The notes under the pieces are model-generated. The model was not told the DNA's origin and did not search any database. It was given only the letters and a program-made list of their open reading frames with translations. 64,000 nt of DNA, taken from contig NC_086118.1 in assembly GCF_963921235.1 (NCBI RefSeq), forward strand, positions 28,274,001 to 28,338,000. Direction: 5' to 3'. The first letter of the stretch is position 1. Every line of letters begins with the position of its first letter. The translations under genes and the position numbers were made by a program. Source of the DNA: Mobula hypostoma. Lineage: Eukaryota. Shown one piece after another: positions 24,550-36,646 of this stretch.

Positions 24550-25050
24550 GTGCTGAAGCAGGAAGGCAGCATCCATCATCAAGGCCAACCACCATCCAGG
24601 CCAGACACTCCTCTTGCTACTGCCATCAGGAAGGAGACACAGGAGTTTCAAGTCCCACACCAACAGGTTCAGGAACTGTTATTACCCCTCAACTATCAGG
24701 CTCGTGAAGCAGAGGTGACAAATATGCTCACACCACCACTGAACTGATTCCACAACCTATGGATAACCTAAGGACTCATTTAAAGGAATCTACAACTCAT
24801 TCCCTCGATATTTGTTGCTTATTTTTTTATTATTACTATTATTACATTTTTTCCTCTGATTTATATTTACCACTGTTTGTTGCCTTTTGGACATTGGCTG
24901 CTTGTCTCTGCATGTTGTGTGCATTTTTGTTGATTCTATTGTGTTTCTTTGTAGTTACTATGAATACTCAAAGAAAATGAACCTCAGGGTAGTATGTGGT
25001 GACCTATATGTATTTTGATAATAAATTTACTATGCATTGTGAACTTTTTA
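24550..25050 (+). mobile_element. Rex1 3' fragment
   Basis: KAASII...HHPG...LLPSGRRHRSFKSHTNRFRNCYYPSTI; same tail as 23490-23920. Confidence 0.8.
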
Positions 25051-25859
25051 AACTTTGAGAATAACACTCCCTAACAGTGCACAATTTGAATGACTCCTGA
25101 GGTCGGCTGTACCTGCTGATGATCCAATCAGCATGGACTTGGCTTGTTGGCTCAGTTGAAACGCTCTGCTAAAGCAGATGATCCTGGCAGTGAATGACAT
25201 CTCCAATGATATCTCAGTTAGCTTCAAGTACCTCTTGGATGCTCTGAAAAGGACAGAAAGGGCGTTACATTAACACAAGCTTTTTTTGTTACTGTGATAG
25301 AGGGATTGCGGCAAGAAGGAACAGATGAATGATTTCCAAACGTAAGCCATGGCAGTTGTAGAGACAGAACTCCATGTCAGCAGACAATTGTAATAAATTT
25401 ATTGACAACAGGAGACTGCAGTGATGGGATTCATTTGGCATGAGCTCAGAGTCAGGCAATAAAGGCCTCCATTGTGGGTTATGGACGCAGCTGTCAGACA
25501 TGTGGCATCATTCAGTTATTGCTTCATTAACGGTGCTCTGCCTTCTGAATCATTGCTACATGACCATGATGAAGTGGCCCTGTATGGGGATGTGAATGCG
25601 CCAATGGATAGAGGCCAGATTTATCTCCCAGCCTGTGCATCTTGGCAGTCATCCACCTAGTCCTTCCTCCGTAGTGCAGCGGAAGGAATAATGCAGGGGA
25701 AGCTTATCCGAATTTAACTAAATAATTTTGTAAAACCTCATTCATTTTGGTCATTTCGGTTCTCTTTATGCAGAAAATGTCGTCTGCAATTATGAATTCT
25801 AGTTCCCTCTAATGATGGTTGCTAGTAGAAACCAATGAGTAGTTGGGGAGAAAAATTAG

Positions 25860-26220
25860 AGCGTAGAACAGTACAGCACACGGGCTGGCTCTTAGGTCCA
25901 CGATGTCATTTTCTTAGCGTGAGGCCAAATTAAACTAATCCCTTCTATCTACACATGATCGCTGTCCCTCCATTCCCTTCATATTCGTTTGCCCCTCAAA
26001 TACCACACTCGTATCTGCCTCCACTACAACCCCTGGCATGGTATTCCAGACACCTAGCGCTCTCTGAATAAAAAAAAAATGCCCTGTGTATTCCCTCTAA
26101 ACTTTCTCTCTCTCACCTTAAAGCTACATCCTCCAGTATTGGACATTTCCACAGAGGGAAAAATACTTTGACCACCCACTCTATCTATGCATCTTATAGC
26201 TTTATAAACCCCTAGCAGGT
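25860..26220 (-). mobile_element. Old CR1 3' fragment
   Basis: gaacagtacagcaca tail; gtattccagacacctagcgctctctgaataaaaa (FIQRALGVWN on minus strand). Confidence 0.7.
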
Positions 26221-26390
26221 CTCGAAGAAATTAGGAATCAACAGGAACCCTCACCAACTTATTATCATTTATTCATATAAGATACAGGAGAGTGTAGTCA
26301 AAGAGGAAAGAAAAGGGTCATATCACATTTTCTTTCATGTACAACTATTATTTTCAGGTGGATATTATTAAGTCTCTCTTTACCCAATGT

Positions 26391-26771
26391 CTATCATCAT
26401 CGTCATTACGTTCCCTGCCATATGATGTGGGCAATCATGATTGTTCTTGGCAAGTTTTTCTACAGAAGTGTTTGCCATTGCCGTCTTTTGGGCAGTGTCT
26501 TTTAAAGACGGGTAACCCCAGCCATTACTAATACTCTTCAGAGATTGTTTGCCTGATGTCAGCGGTCACATAACCAGGACTTGTGATATACACCAGGTGC
26601 TCATACAACCACCCACCCCCTGTTCCCATGGCTTCACGCGACCCTGATTTGAAAGGTGGGTGGGGGGGAAGGTTAATCAGGTGCTACTCCTTGCCCAAGG
26701 ATGACCTGCAGGCTAGCGAAGGAAAGGAGCGCCTAACACCTCCATTGGTAAAGACGTGTCTCCAACCCGCC
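26391..26771 (-). mobile_element. SINE-like element with CORE-like motif and RTE-like (ATG)n tail
   Basis: Minus strand: ggtcatccttgggcaagg; ggcaatggcaaacacttctgtagaaaaacttgccaag; gatgatgat end; direct repeat ACCCAATGT at 26382-26390 and 26772-26780. Confidence 0.6.
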
Positions 26772-26799
26772 ACCCAATGTAAATGCAAAAGCTGGTTTA

Positions 26800-27060
26800 T
26801 TATTATCCTTTTTCAATCTTTTTATTAGTTTCATAAAAATAAACATAACATGGTAGTAGTACAAAGTTATTGGGAATGCATTGTTATAATTAACATAAGT
26901 GATTGTAAAGCCAGATACCACTTAAATGATAAAACTCCCAATCATATAGGATGCAAATGAATAATATAAAACAAAGAAAAATATCTAAAAAAAACATGAA
27001 AAAGGAAAAAAATAATAACCCCCCCCCAAAAAAACTAATCTAAACAGAATTAATCAACTA
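26800..27060 (-). repeat. Probable L1 3' UTR fragment
   Basis: tttttcaatctttttatt (AATAAA plus A-rich end on minus strand) followed by low-complexity UTR-like sequence. Confidence 0.45.
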
Positions 27061-27340
27061 TTATTATTATTATCACAGGTCTAAAGTACAGTGAAAATCT
27101 TTATTTTGTATGCCATCCATACAGATCATTTCATTACAACAGCGGATTGAAGTAATACAAGGGAAAGCAATAACAGAACGCGGAATGAGCTCTTCCAGAA
27201 AAAGTGCAGTGCAGGCAGACAATAAGATGCAAGGCCATAACAAAGAAGATTGTGAGCTCAAGGGTCCATCTTATTAAACTAGTGAACAATTCAATAGTTT
27301 CATATCAGGGGTTGGAATTATACTGCAAGTACTTGTGTCC
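27061..27340 (-). mobile_element. Rex1-type 3' tail fragment
   Basis: ttattatcacaggtctaaagtacagtgaaaatct...gccatccatacagatcatttc. Confidence 0.55.
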
Positions 27341-28022
27341 TGTACTTGAATTGTATATTTCTGTACCTGTGTCCTCAGAGTTGAGAAACTTGTAGTCAGG
27401 GTTGGAGTTTCATCACATAAATTCCTGCACTTTTCTGAAGTGGATCCCATTGCTCGTCCAGCTAGAACCGCCCTGGCTATGTGGCAGAATAACTTAAGTG
27501 GGAAGAATCGCAGTTTCTGGTAATCCTCAAAAAGATTAAAGTGAATTTGCTTGACAAATTATCCATGAAATATTTCCTTACAGTGGATTTGGCCAGCGTA
27601 GGTTGTGCATTATTACAGAATGCCTTCCAACGTCCATCCAAGGCCCGTAAAACCCGATTGCTTTGATTCTTGTCACCTTCCCACCACCTCACTTGCTAGC
27701 CCAGAGAAAGATAAATAGATTACCAGGTGGTTGACATGGAGAGGGTGCTTCAATAATGTAGTTTAGATCAATGTGGACCAAATGTAATGTGACTATTCTA
27801 AATTACTTGTGAATTTGGTAGTACATTCTAATTAAAAGAACCAGAGTTAAGCTGTTTTCAATCAATTGAAACAGAAACAAGTGATGGTCCTGAACCAGGA
27901 AGTTTAATTGAAACATTTAATTTTAATCGCTATATTTAATCTGTAAGAAATTACCGTGTTTTAGCTTGTCACTAAATTTTGAAGCTACAATCCTTATCAA
28001 CAATGATTGTGAGGGATCAGGG

Positions 28023-28054
28023 ATGGCTCCGGAAAAGGAGGAATCAATGTACAG
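28023..28054 (+). CDS. Candidate short first coding exon (MAPEKEESMY), unverified
   Basis: Kozak gggATGG and donor CAG|GTATTT in non-repetitive DNA; no homology recognised. Confidence 0.15.
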
Positions 28055-28941
28055 GTATTTTTCTGACATCTCAGATAAGATTTCATTTGATAAAAAGATC
28101 AATCAAAGAGAGAGAAGGTAGTTTGTTCAAATGCATTCCCCTACTAGCTAAATAAAAGCCAGTCGAAACATAAGCAGAGTTCAGGCCACTGCTACTGTCT
28201 TTGACTGCTTTGTGAGTTTCATTCAATTTAAATCACGTAGAAAAGGTCTTTTTCATACATATCTACTCATTAAAATAAATGTTCGGAACCTCCTCCAATG
28301 TCATCTGCTGTTCATTACAATGCCACGAAGGTCATTTCCAGAACCTTCAATAAAAAAGTGTAGTAAAATCTTAATGGAAGGGATTTGGCTCTATAAATGT
28401 GAGCCAAAGTTATAAGTGGCTATAAACAGATTCATGAACTTAATCAGGTTACGGAAGATAATAGAAGTTTTCAGCTAGAGAATTCTCTTGTATGTGTATG
28501 GTACAATAGAAGACAACAATCTTAAAGGCTGAATGAAAGCAATACTGTTAAAAGGAGAGTACTACTGACAATAACTGCGTTTTGTCACGCTGAAGTTTTA
28601 CCAGAAAGATATCCTGTCAAGAAAGTTGGCATTGATGAATGAAGAAAGCTATGATCTTGCTGTACTCATCTACTAAAGAGTATTCAAATCTAACTGTGGT
28701 TTTAATGGTGTTTTGCATTCCAAATACTGAGTCAGCACTGACATTCTACAGAGAATTTATTAATCTTCAGTTTTTTTTTCTATGCCCTATTTGTTCTCTC
28801 ATATTCCTATCTTTATCTCTATTTTTTTATCCTAGCTTTTGAATTTAAGGTTCTAAGTTATACCTCATTTTGGAATGGATTCCTATCATCTGATTAGTTC
28901 AGGCGATTTGTCGTTGCTTGTCCTGCTCGCAGAGTACCTGT

Positions 28942-28960
28942 AGGCCTGTAGATGGCGCTA
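28942..28960 (+). promoter_or_regulatory. Candidate CTCF binding site
   Basis: AGGCCTGTAGATGGCGCTA resembles the CTCF core TGGCCASYAGRKGGCRCTA, in unique sequence with CpG retained. Confidence 0.55.
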
Positions 28961-29507
28961 AGAGTGTTCCAGTCCAGAACCCAACAGAATGAAACACTAA
29001 TGCTGCTCTTATTTCATTACTTATCTCAAGGTTCAGGCCAGGATCTCTCAGGAACTGAGCCATTGATTGATGTAATGATGTGTTGGTTGAGCCTGCTTGG
29101 TCAGGAATTTAAACTGAAATTTCCCAGCATTTTGAGGACAACCTTCATTCGAAATCTGCTTGGAGATAAAAATAACAGCCTGACACAAACCAGCCAGGGC
29201 CAATGCAAACCTGATCCAAGTTTGGATATGTGCTGTCTCCATTCTTGACTCAATCTTTTACACTGAAGTGGAAAAAAAAACTGACAATGTTGCATGTACA
29301 TTGGTCAAGAGCAGAGGACATAACATGGTAACACCAATTAAGTCATCCTGATCTGAATAATGTACCGAGGAAAGCTGGCACAGTGAAACTCAGCTCGATA
29401 TAAACCCAGAGACTTTAGTGGAATAAACACTCAAAGCAATTGAACGTGGGATGGGCATCCTTAATGTTATGGGGTGAGCAAGTCTAAAATTGTGTATCTA
29501 GCTAGAT

Positions 29508-29558
29508 CAGGGGTTCCCAACCTCTGGTCCATGGCATGAAAAAGGTTGGGATCCTCTG
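29508..29558. mobile_element. 51-bp hAT (Charlie-type) mini-MITE
   Basis: TIRs CAGGGGTTCCCAACCT / AGGTTGGGATCCTCTG; exact 8-bp TSD AGCTAGAT (29500-29507, 29559-29566). Confidence 0.85.
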
Positions 29559-30992
29559 AGCTAGATGATGATGGGAAAAGGCTGAGACACAGGCCTCACC
29601 ACACCACCACTGCATAACGAGTGAAGTGGAGCATCCCGTGAGTCTTGTTTCACCAGATTCATCTGAACAATTACAACATGCAAATCCCTGACAGAGAAGC
29701 ATTCTTAAGATAATTGGAACCTCTTCAAAATCTTGCGGATAGTTACCTCGCTGTGAGTTATACCTGGAGGAGGTGTACATCAATTCAAACTAGTTCAAGG
29801 AGGGACATTTCTGAGGAAGGCAGACATAAAAAAAGAAAAACTCTTTCTGGACAATCCCAAATAATGAATATGACAGCCTCTGAGCCATATATTATCCGGA
29901 CCTGCTTAAGGGTGGTTTAGTTAAAGGTACAGATGAATAGTAGCTTGTTGACAATCGTTAGTCTTCCAGAAAGTTTACCTTTTCTGTGTAGCTAGGGATA
30001 GAGAGTGAATTCACTTTTTGTCATGTCAGACTGAAGACTCAGTAAGGATGAATGGTAGACAATGTGATCCACCACTTGCTGTAGAAGCAACTTTCATATT
30101 GTGAGCATTTGTCTACTGCAAAAAAAAATCATAGGCATTAAAATCCAGATTTAATGAATAAGAAAACTTTAAAATGTAACTGCAAATGAAAATCTATTCT
30201 CCATTTGACATTGAGGTCTGGTCGATAACAATAATGTTTGTTCATAACTAGGTCAGATAAACTCAAGGTCTTAGTTCATCTCTCCTATCATTTCTTGGTT
30301 CAATTTAAGAATACCCATCCTGTTACTGATACTAGAAGCCAACTGTCATTGAAACAACAGTCATTCCAGAATAAATGCAAACTTTACAGTAAATTCAAAT
30401 CCATTTCCCAAAAACATGCATGAGAAGAACCATAATGATGACTATGCACTTCCTGGGCCAGGTTGCCTTGTGTTTTTGCCAAGCTCAGTTTTCCAAACAC
30501 AGCAGTTGCCACTTGTAAGATCAAAAAGTGTAAGTTAATCTTCCAACTAGGTTCTTTGTTTAGCTTCTTGTCATAAAAGGGAGCCAGTCTTCAGTTCTTA
30601 AAATGTAAATGTCAAGCAGTAATCAGTTTGGAGTTTGAAAATACAGATTTGCAAACAAGCTCAGTATATAGCAGATACAGTGTCTGTAGAAAGTAGGATG
30701 TTGATCACTGCACCTGGTTCATTGCTGTTTAAGAGGCGCGATATAAAACAATGCATCATCTAATTTGGCTTGTTTCAAAACAGACAACGCTGGCTAAATA
30801 GTTTAATTTAAGGAAGTTTGCAGAGCAGATGAGACAAATCACTTAGCATATCAATAACTGATGTGTTTATAGTGAGGTTTATGTACAGAAAGAAGGTAGC
30901 TTTACAGCATTAATTGTGGGTAGTTGGGAACTGTGTCTTCAAGAGACTTTTAGACTGTTTGTGGATAAAGGGTATCTGAGGAATTATCACAT

Positions 30993-31141
30993 ATGTGTGA
31001 GGTGACACAAATGGCAAAGAAACTGTTTAAGTATAGAGAGCAGTTCGGGCTTATTAAGAATAGGGTAAGGAACATTAAGAAGCATGAAAGAAACAGGGGG
31101 TACACTGGAATCTATTCCTCTGGTTTTGATTTCTGCGATGG
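30993..31141 (+). CDS. Candidate first coding exon (MCEVTQMAKKLFKYREQFGLIKNRVRNIKKHERNRGYTGIYSSGFDFCD), unverified
   Basis: 49 open codons ending at donor TGG|GTAATT; alternative ATG at 31084 (AGCATG) in another frame also reaches this donor. Confidence 0.2.
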
Positions 31142-33849
31142 GTAATTCGTTCAGCTTCATCACTGGTACCTCCTTCCAGTTTATGTTTTGGAAATCTTTT
31201 GTGTTGTGGAAATGGTTTTTAATTTGGAAATGTTTAAGATAGAAATTCTCTGTGAGATTTAACTGCCTTTTGAGAGTGTTGTTTGGATTTAAATGTGTAT
31301 CACCGAAAACAAATAAACTTTGTTTTAAACTAATTTGTTAGCTGGAAGTATCTTCACTTGGATAGGAAGGGGGGCCCACTGCTCAAATAGCATGTATTGG
31401 CAGCTAAACTTGCCATGGAGAATAAACAGGGAAGTGAACTAGACTTTGAAGACTGGGTAACTACAGTATAACTTCCTTGTAATGAGTGTGCTTGTGGCTA
31501 TTTATATCTGATACGGCTTAAAGTTTTCGCTTGAGTTTAGAAATTCATGGTCAGCAAACCCAATATCATCACACCATAATGTGGCTAACAAAGGTAAAAA
31601 TACATCCTTGATGCAAATTTGTTTGGAATTTACAATATTATTTGATAATTATTAAGAAATGTGAGATGCACCAGTAAGAGAAAGATGTGAACATACTGTA
31701 ATTGCACAAATTATAATGAAGATATTTTAAAGTCCTTGTAAAATTGTGATAGGTGCAGTAAAATATTATGGTCTTTGTATTAAAGCTGTTTTCTCAGATA
31801 ACTGAGTCACTAAAATATTCAGAGGACTTCATCATTTATGTCAGGACATACATTATAATTCAGTGAGATGGATTTTAGGGCAATTATCTTGTTTCGATCC
31901 TGCAATAATTCATTTGTGCAGAACCACTTAAAGAAGATTGGCATTGGGACACAGTGAAAAAGTTTTGTTGAACACCTGTCACTCCTCCTATGCACCAGGC
32001 ATGGGCACAGTTTCGAACCAGATTGGTATCAAGCAGAGAGTTTTTATTTTTTATTGTTTGTGGAAATCAACTGAGCTTAATGAAGCTGAGATGTTAAAAG
32101 TGTTAAATAGGTGACACTGGAAGTCTCATTGGAAGAGAAGTGCCTGGGATGTCTCTCGTTGATGTCTCTTTGTTAGGTGTTTCAATTTATCGGGAGAAGT
32201 AGATTTTTTTTCTGCATAGTGGATGAGAAACTTGTAGACTAAACAGATCTCACAGCTGATATTTTAATGCTGTTGAATATGAAGAAAACTTTGAGTTATT
32301 ATCATATAGTTTTGATCAGAGTTAAATGCACTTTGAATAGTGAAATTTTCCTATGGTCTATTTAACCGCACTAAGTGAGCTGAACCATGTAGGTAAAATG
32401 GGGAGGGTGTATTATGCAAATTAAACAGCCTATTTTCATTGAAGTATGTACAATAATATTTAAAATATGTGAGCATTCTACTGTCTGTTGTGATGAAATA
32501 ATAGTCTGTATTAAAATATTTTTATCAAACATTTATGAAATGGAGACATAGGTGTTCTGTAATTTCCCTGCTGTTTTAACTAAGTTGGGCAAAGCCAAAG
32601 ATGTCTAAGTTCATCTGATTAGGAAAGGTGTGTACTGATTAATGGGAGTGTTTCATGAGCAGTTGGACCGTGTAAAAGAGCTCCTTTTGCTGATCTTTGT
32701 ATGAAGAATTTGTGAATCGGTCAGCTTCCTGTGAAACTGCACTTTTTTTTTGATTATTGAATACAGTGGAAGTAACCTAACTTGATCCTAAGGACTCTTG
32801 CTGTATGCAATTCAGAAATCAGCCATGAAGAAAAGTTCGTTTTCGGGTGAGTCAAGTGATTTTGTTTGTTTGATATATTGGAAGGATAGTCATTCCATTT
32901 GCAAGTTGTCAATATACTTTGAAGGATTTTAATTTTTTTTGGTAGCAAGAATTGGTAGAAAGTTCTTATGAGTTTATATGCAGTACTTGAAAAGAGTTAC
33001 AAGTTTTTTGCTCAATGGATTGCACTTCTTTTAGAAAATGAATAAATAAAAAGCTCTGTAAAATTTTAATTAAAAATAAGTAATGACTAAATATTCATAT
33101 CAGCTTTCCGTTTGGCCTCTGATGACTAATTGTAAAGTCTGTTAACATGACTATGCCCATCCCAGCTTGTGTGGAGTTGATTGCAACAACTAGGCAGCAG
33201 CTGAATCACAGAATTTGATCTGAGCCAAAATGTATACTTCCATGGTTGTAAATTTATTTTGCGAAGTAAATAAAGGAAATGAGTTGTCAGTTCAGTGCTG
33301 TGATAGCTAGGAGTATTCATTGTATACAGTTGCTCAGATTTGGTTGTTTTATTTAAGAGGGCAATACATACTGTTCATCTGTCCTCTGTGTTTGCCTGGG
33401 CAAGATTCAACCTACACACTGTATGACAACTTCAGTCTATTTATATGATGCAGTTTTATAAATACAGATTTTATGCTAAACATCTCTCTACTTTGATGTA
33501 CTTTTGATCTAGGTGTGCAAGTCTGAAAGGTCTTAAATATGATAATACCTTTATCCTATTGTTAGCTGTCTGCATCTTTCTATTCCAAGTATGCAGTATA
33601 AAATATTTGGAAGGTAACTAAGTTTTTTTTTGGAACATGTTTGAAACTGTCCAAGTTGCCTACAACTTCTGGTCTTCTTTTAAATATAGCAGTGTTAGCT
33701 ATTTCAATTTTGGGTTCTTAATACCTTTTTCCAACAGATTCTAACCCATTCAAACAGCTTTTTAAATTTTCTGTACTTGAAAGCTTTCATTTTGCATTAA
33801 TACAACAAAGGTATTTTACTATCTGCCTGCAGAACAGATTCCCTCTGTA

Positions 33850-34435
33850 ACGCAAGGGGTTCTGCAGTTGCTGGAAATCCAAAGTAACACACACAGATTG
33901 CTGAAGGAACTCAGCAGGTCAGGTAGCATCTATGGAGGGGAATAAACAGTCAACAATTCAGGATGGACTGGATAGGAAGAGGGGGAGAAGACAGAATAAG
34001 AGAGTGTGGGGAGGTGAAGCAGTGGAAGCTGACAGGTGACAGGAGAGGTAGAAGGTAGGTTGGGTGGGGGAGGAGGGATGAAGTGTGAAGCTGGCAGGTG
34101 ATAGGTGGAAAAGGGTAAAGGGCTGAAGAAGAAGGAATCTGATAGGATAGTGGACTTTTAGCAGACAGGGAAGGGCGAAGGGCAGCAGAGGGAGGTGGTA
34201 GGTAGGTGAGAAGAGAAGGAGTAAGGGTGAAGCCAGAATGGGGAATGAAAAGTGGGAGAAGGGGAGGGAGGCAAATTACTGGATTAGAGCAATATTTATG
34301 CCGTCAGGATAGTGGTTACCCAAAGGGAACATTATGTGTTGCTCCTCCAACCTGAGCATGGCATCATCGTGCAGCAGAGGAGGCCATAGAGTGCTATTTC
34401 AGAATGGATATGGGAAATGGAAGTAGAATTAAACT
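33850..34435 (-). mobile_element. Penelope 3' fragment, hammerhead region deleted
   Basis: ctgcagttgctggaaatcc...ggaactcagcaggtcagg tail; QVGGAT/LEEQH-type ORF end on the minus strand. Confidence 0.8.
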
Positions 34436-34603
34436 GCAGAGATTCATTCTGCAACTTTACACTTAATTTGTTTTTTTTGTTAAATGATATATTAAGTTCT
34501 TTTTAAGCAAACAATTTATGAATTTTGGATGTGGCAAGTACCTAACTTGATGTAGCAAGCTTTTTCCACATCAAAAGGGAAGTCAAATTGAAGTATATAG
34601 TAA

Positions 34604-34812
34604 CACACATCAAAGTTGCTGGTGAACGCAGCAGGCCAGGCAGCATCTGTAGGAAGAGGTGCAGTCGATGTTTCAGGCCGAGACCCTACGAAGGATCTCG
34701 GCCTGAAACGTCGACTGCACCTCTTCCTACAGATGCTGCCTGGCCTGTTGCGTTCACCAGCAACTTTGATGTGTGTTGCTTGAATTTCCAGCATCTGCAG
34801 AATTCCTGGTGT
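34604..34812. mobile_element. Penelope fold-back mini-element (near-perfect palindrome)
   Basis: ~85-bp inverted arms around gagaccct-ACGA-aggatctc; 16-bp TSD TTGAAGTATATAGTAA (34588-34603, 34813-34828). Confidence 0.92.
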
Positions 34813-35709
34813 TTGAAGTATATAGTAATTTTTTTCCTTGGCATACCTTAGTATATTTTAAAAGAGCTTCTTGATTGCAACATTTATTTGGCAGAAAGAC
34901 TACTCAGTTAGTGAATTGTTTTGCTATAAACTCCACTGCTTACTATAACAATTCTTTCCATTTGAGCTCTGCGTATGAGATTATTGGCAGCCAGCTAAAA
35001 ACGTCTGACCTGGAAGGTTTTAGCTCATATATTGAAATTCCTGAGGAACCTCTTCATGCCCGTGTTCAGTTTGCAATGCATGGCACATGAAGGATAAGTG
35101 AATCTTTGTGTTGGCAATGTACAAAAAACTACAGCACAAAATGCTTAAGTTTATATTCTTTTAAAAGTCCTATAGTATTTGAATAAATTGAGTACTAACT
35201 GCAAATACAATGTCAAATCTGTAGGAGAATGTTACTAAAGATAAATGTTCTCACTTGAAACTAGACTCCACTAATATGAATAGTTTAACATTTTCTGAAC
35301 TTGTTGTGTTTAAAAAGTCCTCCTCGAACACAATTATTATCAGCTTTTTAACACTGATACTGCAAAATGTTTATGATGAGGCAAATCAAAGTTTTCTCTT
35401 TAAATCCAAATGTACACATTATACTTTTATCTATTTTATGGAAAGTTGTATTTAAAGCAATGTTTGCTTTTAATCTATCTGCTGAAATCCTGGATATAGT
35501 TGACTGAGTCTTCATTTGATCTACCATACTGTATACATTCAAAATTTGAACATTGCTATTTTTTGTGAGAAGACATTTCTAACAATGCAGTCTATCCCTT
35601 GTTTATATATGTAGTTTGAATTCTGGTGTGTCAGCAGTTAAACTTTATGCACCCCAGCTGTTATGTGAATGAAAGGCATAAGCTCACATTTGGCATAAAC
35701 ATTTCTAGG

Positions 35710-35838
35710 ATGGGAAAATGTGAGGATGGCCAACCACAGACAGAGTATTCCTCCAATCACTGTTTTGGATCTTGGAAAAAGAAACTTCAATTTAGCGAAG
35801 TAGTGGAAGACTTCTGTCACTTGTGGTTCTCTACTCAA
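35710..35838 (+). CDS. Candidate exon (MGKCEDGQPQ...FCHLWFSTQ), unverified
   Basis: Strong Kozak AGGATGG, 43 open codons, donor CAA|GTAAGC. Confidence 0.2.
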
Positions 35839-35984
35839 GTAAGCAGCATTCTTTCAGCGAGGGGAGAAAATTCAGAGAGATGTATTTCATAAGAATTTTT
35901 TATGAGGAAATTAAGATCTTGTTTTCTGCCTGTTTAGGAACAAAATTGACTCCAGTATAGAAGAAACTAAGCATGGTGTGATAG

Positions 35985-36646
35985 CAGACATCCCACCTCT
36001 CCCGAATGTTCCGGGGGCCTCCCGCATTTGAATAGTGGCTCCCTGATGACCACAAATTATACGGAAATCAAGTTTTTGGGAGCAAGCGAGCGAGAGAAAA
36101 CAAGCGAGAGAGAAAGCAAGCGAGAGAGCGAGAGAGCAAGTAAGCGAGAGCACGAGAGAGTGAGCGAGAGAGCAAGCAAGTGAGAGTGCGAGAGAGCGAG
36201 CGAGCGAGAGCAAGCGAGAGCGTGAGAGAGAAAGCAAGCAGGAGTGTGAGAGAAAAAGCAAGTGAGAGCACGCGAGCGACCACGAGAGAGAGAGAGAGAG
36301 AGAGAGCGCGCCATGGCAGAGTGTTCCAAAAAAAAAAGAAAATATAAAACATATGTCACCCCAGACTACCCTGCCTAATAGGGGTAAAAATTAATGACAG
36401 TGCTGGTCGCTGCACTGTTTGCAACAGTGACTTTTCTATTGCCCATGGTGGGTTAGGACTGTAAAAGACATGTTGAGGTGAGTTTAACAGGTGTCATTCG
36501 TTTATTAGCATAGCTAACGTTATTTAAACTAGCTGGCTAGCTGCTAAGGAGCTACTCTATTGCAGACATCCCACCTCTCCCAGAAGTCTCCTGCAAATCG
36601 TTGGTGCTACCTCCCTGAAATGAGTTTTTGCAGGGTGGGATGTCTG
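35985..36646 (+). mobile_element. Non-autonomous hAT element with BED zinc-finger exon remnant
   Basis: TIRs CAGACATCCCACC / GGTGGGATGTCTG; 6-bp flanking repeat TGATAG; GCCATGG at 36313 leading (frameshifted) to CTVCNSDFSIAHGG..DCKRHVE|GTGAGT. Confidence 0.85.
36078..36310. repeat. Complex (GA)n/(GAGC)n microsatellite inside the hAT element
   Basis: Direct inspection; explains the low-complexity LSLARSL ORFs. Confidence 0.95.

Noticed and set aside
27570..27605. Possible 14-nt microexon (tttccttacag|TGGATTTGGCCAGC|gtaggt)
   Set aside because: Not frame-preserving and unsupported; such matches are common by chance.
31038..31055. EQFGLI matches a stretch of the KChIP4a N-terminus as recalled
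   Set aside because: Only 6 aa, and the preceding hydrophobic segment is absent; treated as coincidence.
34516..34851. Mirror-image ORFs on both strands (also at 1665 and 21696)
   Set aside because: Artefact of the palindromic Penelope pLTR elements.
35911..36359. Three overlapping Leu/Ser/Ala/Arg-rich ORFs
   Set aside because: Translations of the GA/GAGC microsatellite; not protein-coding.
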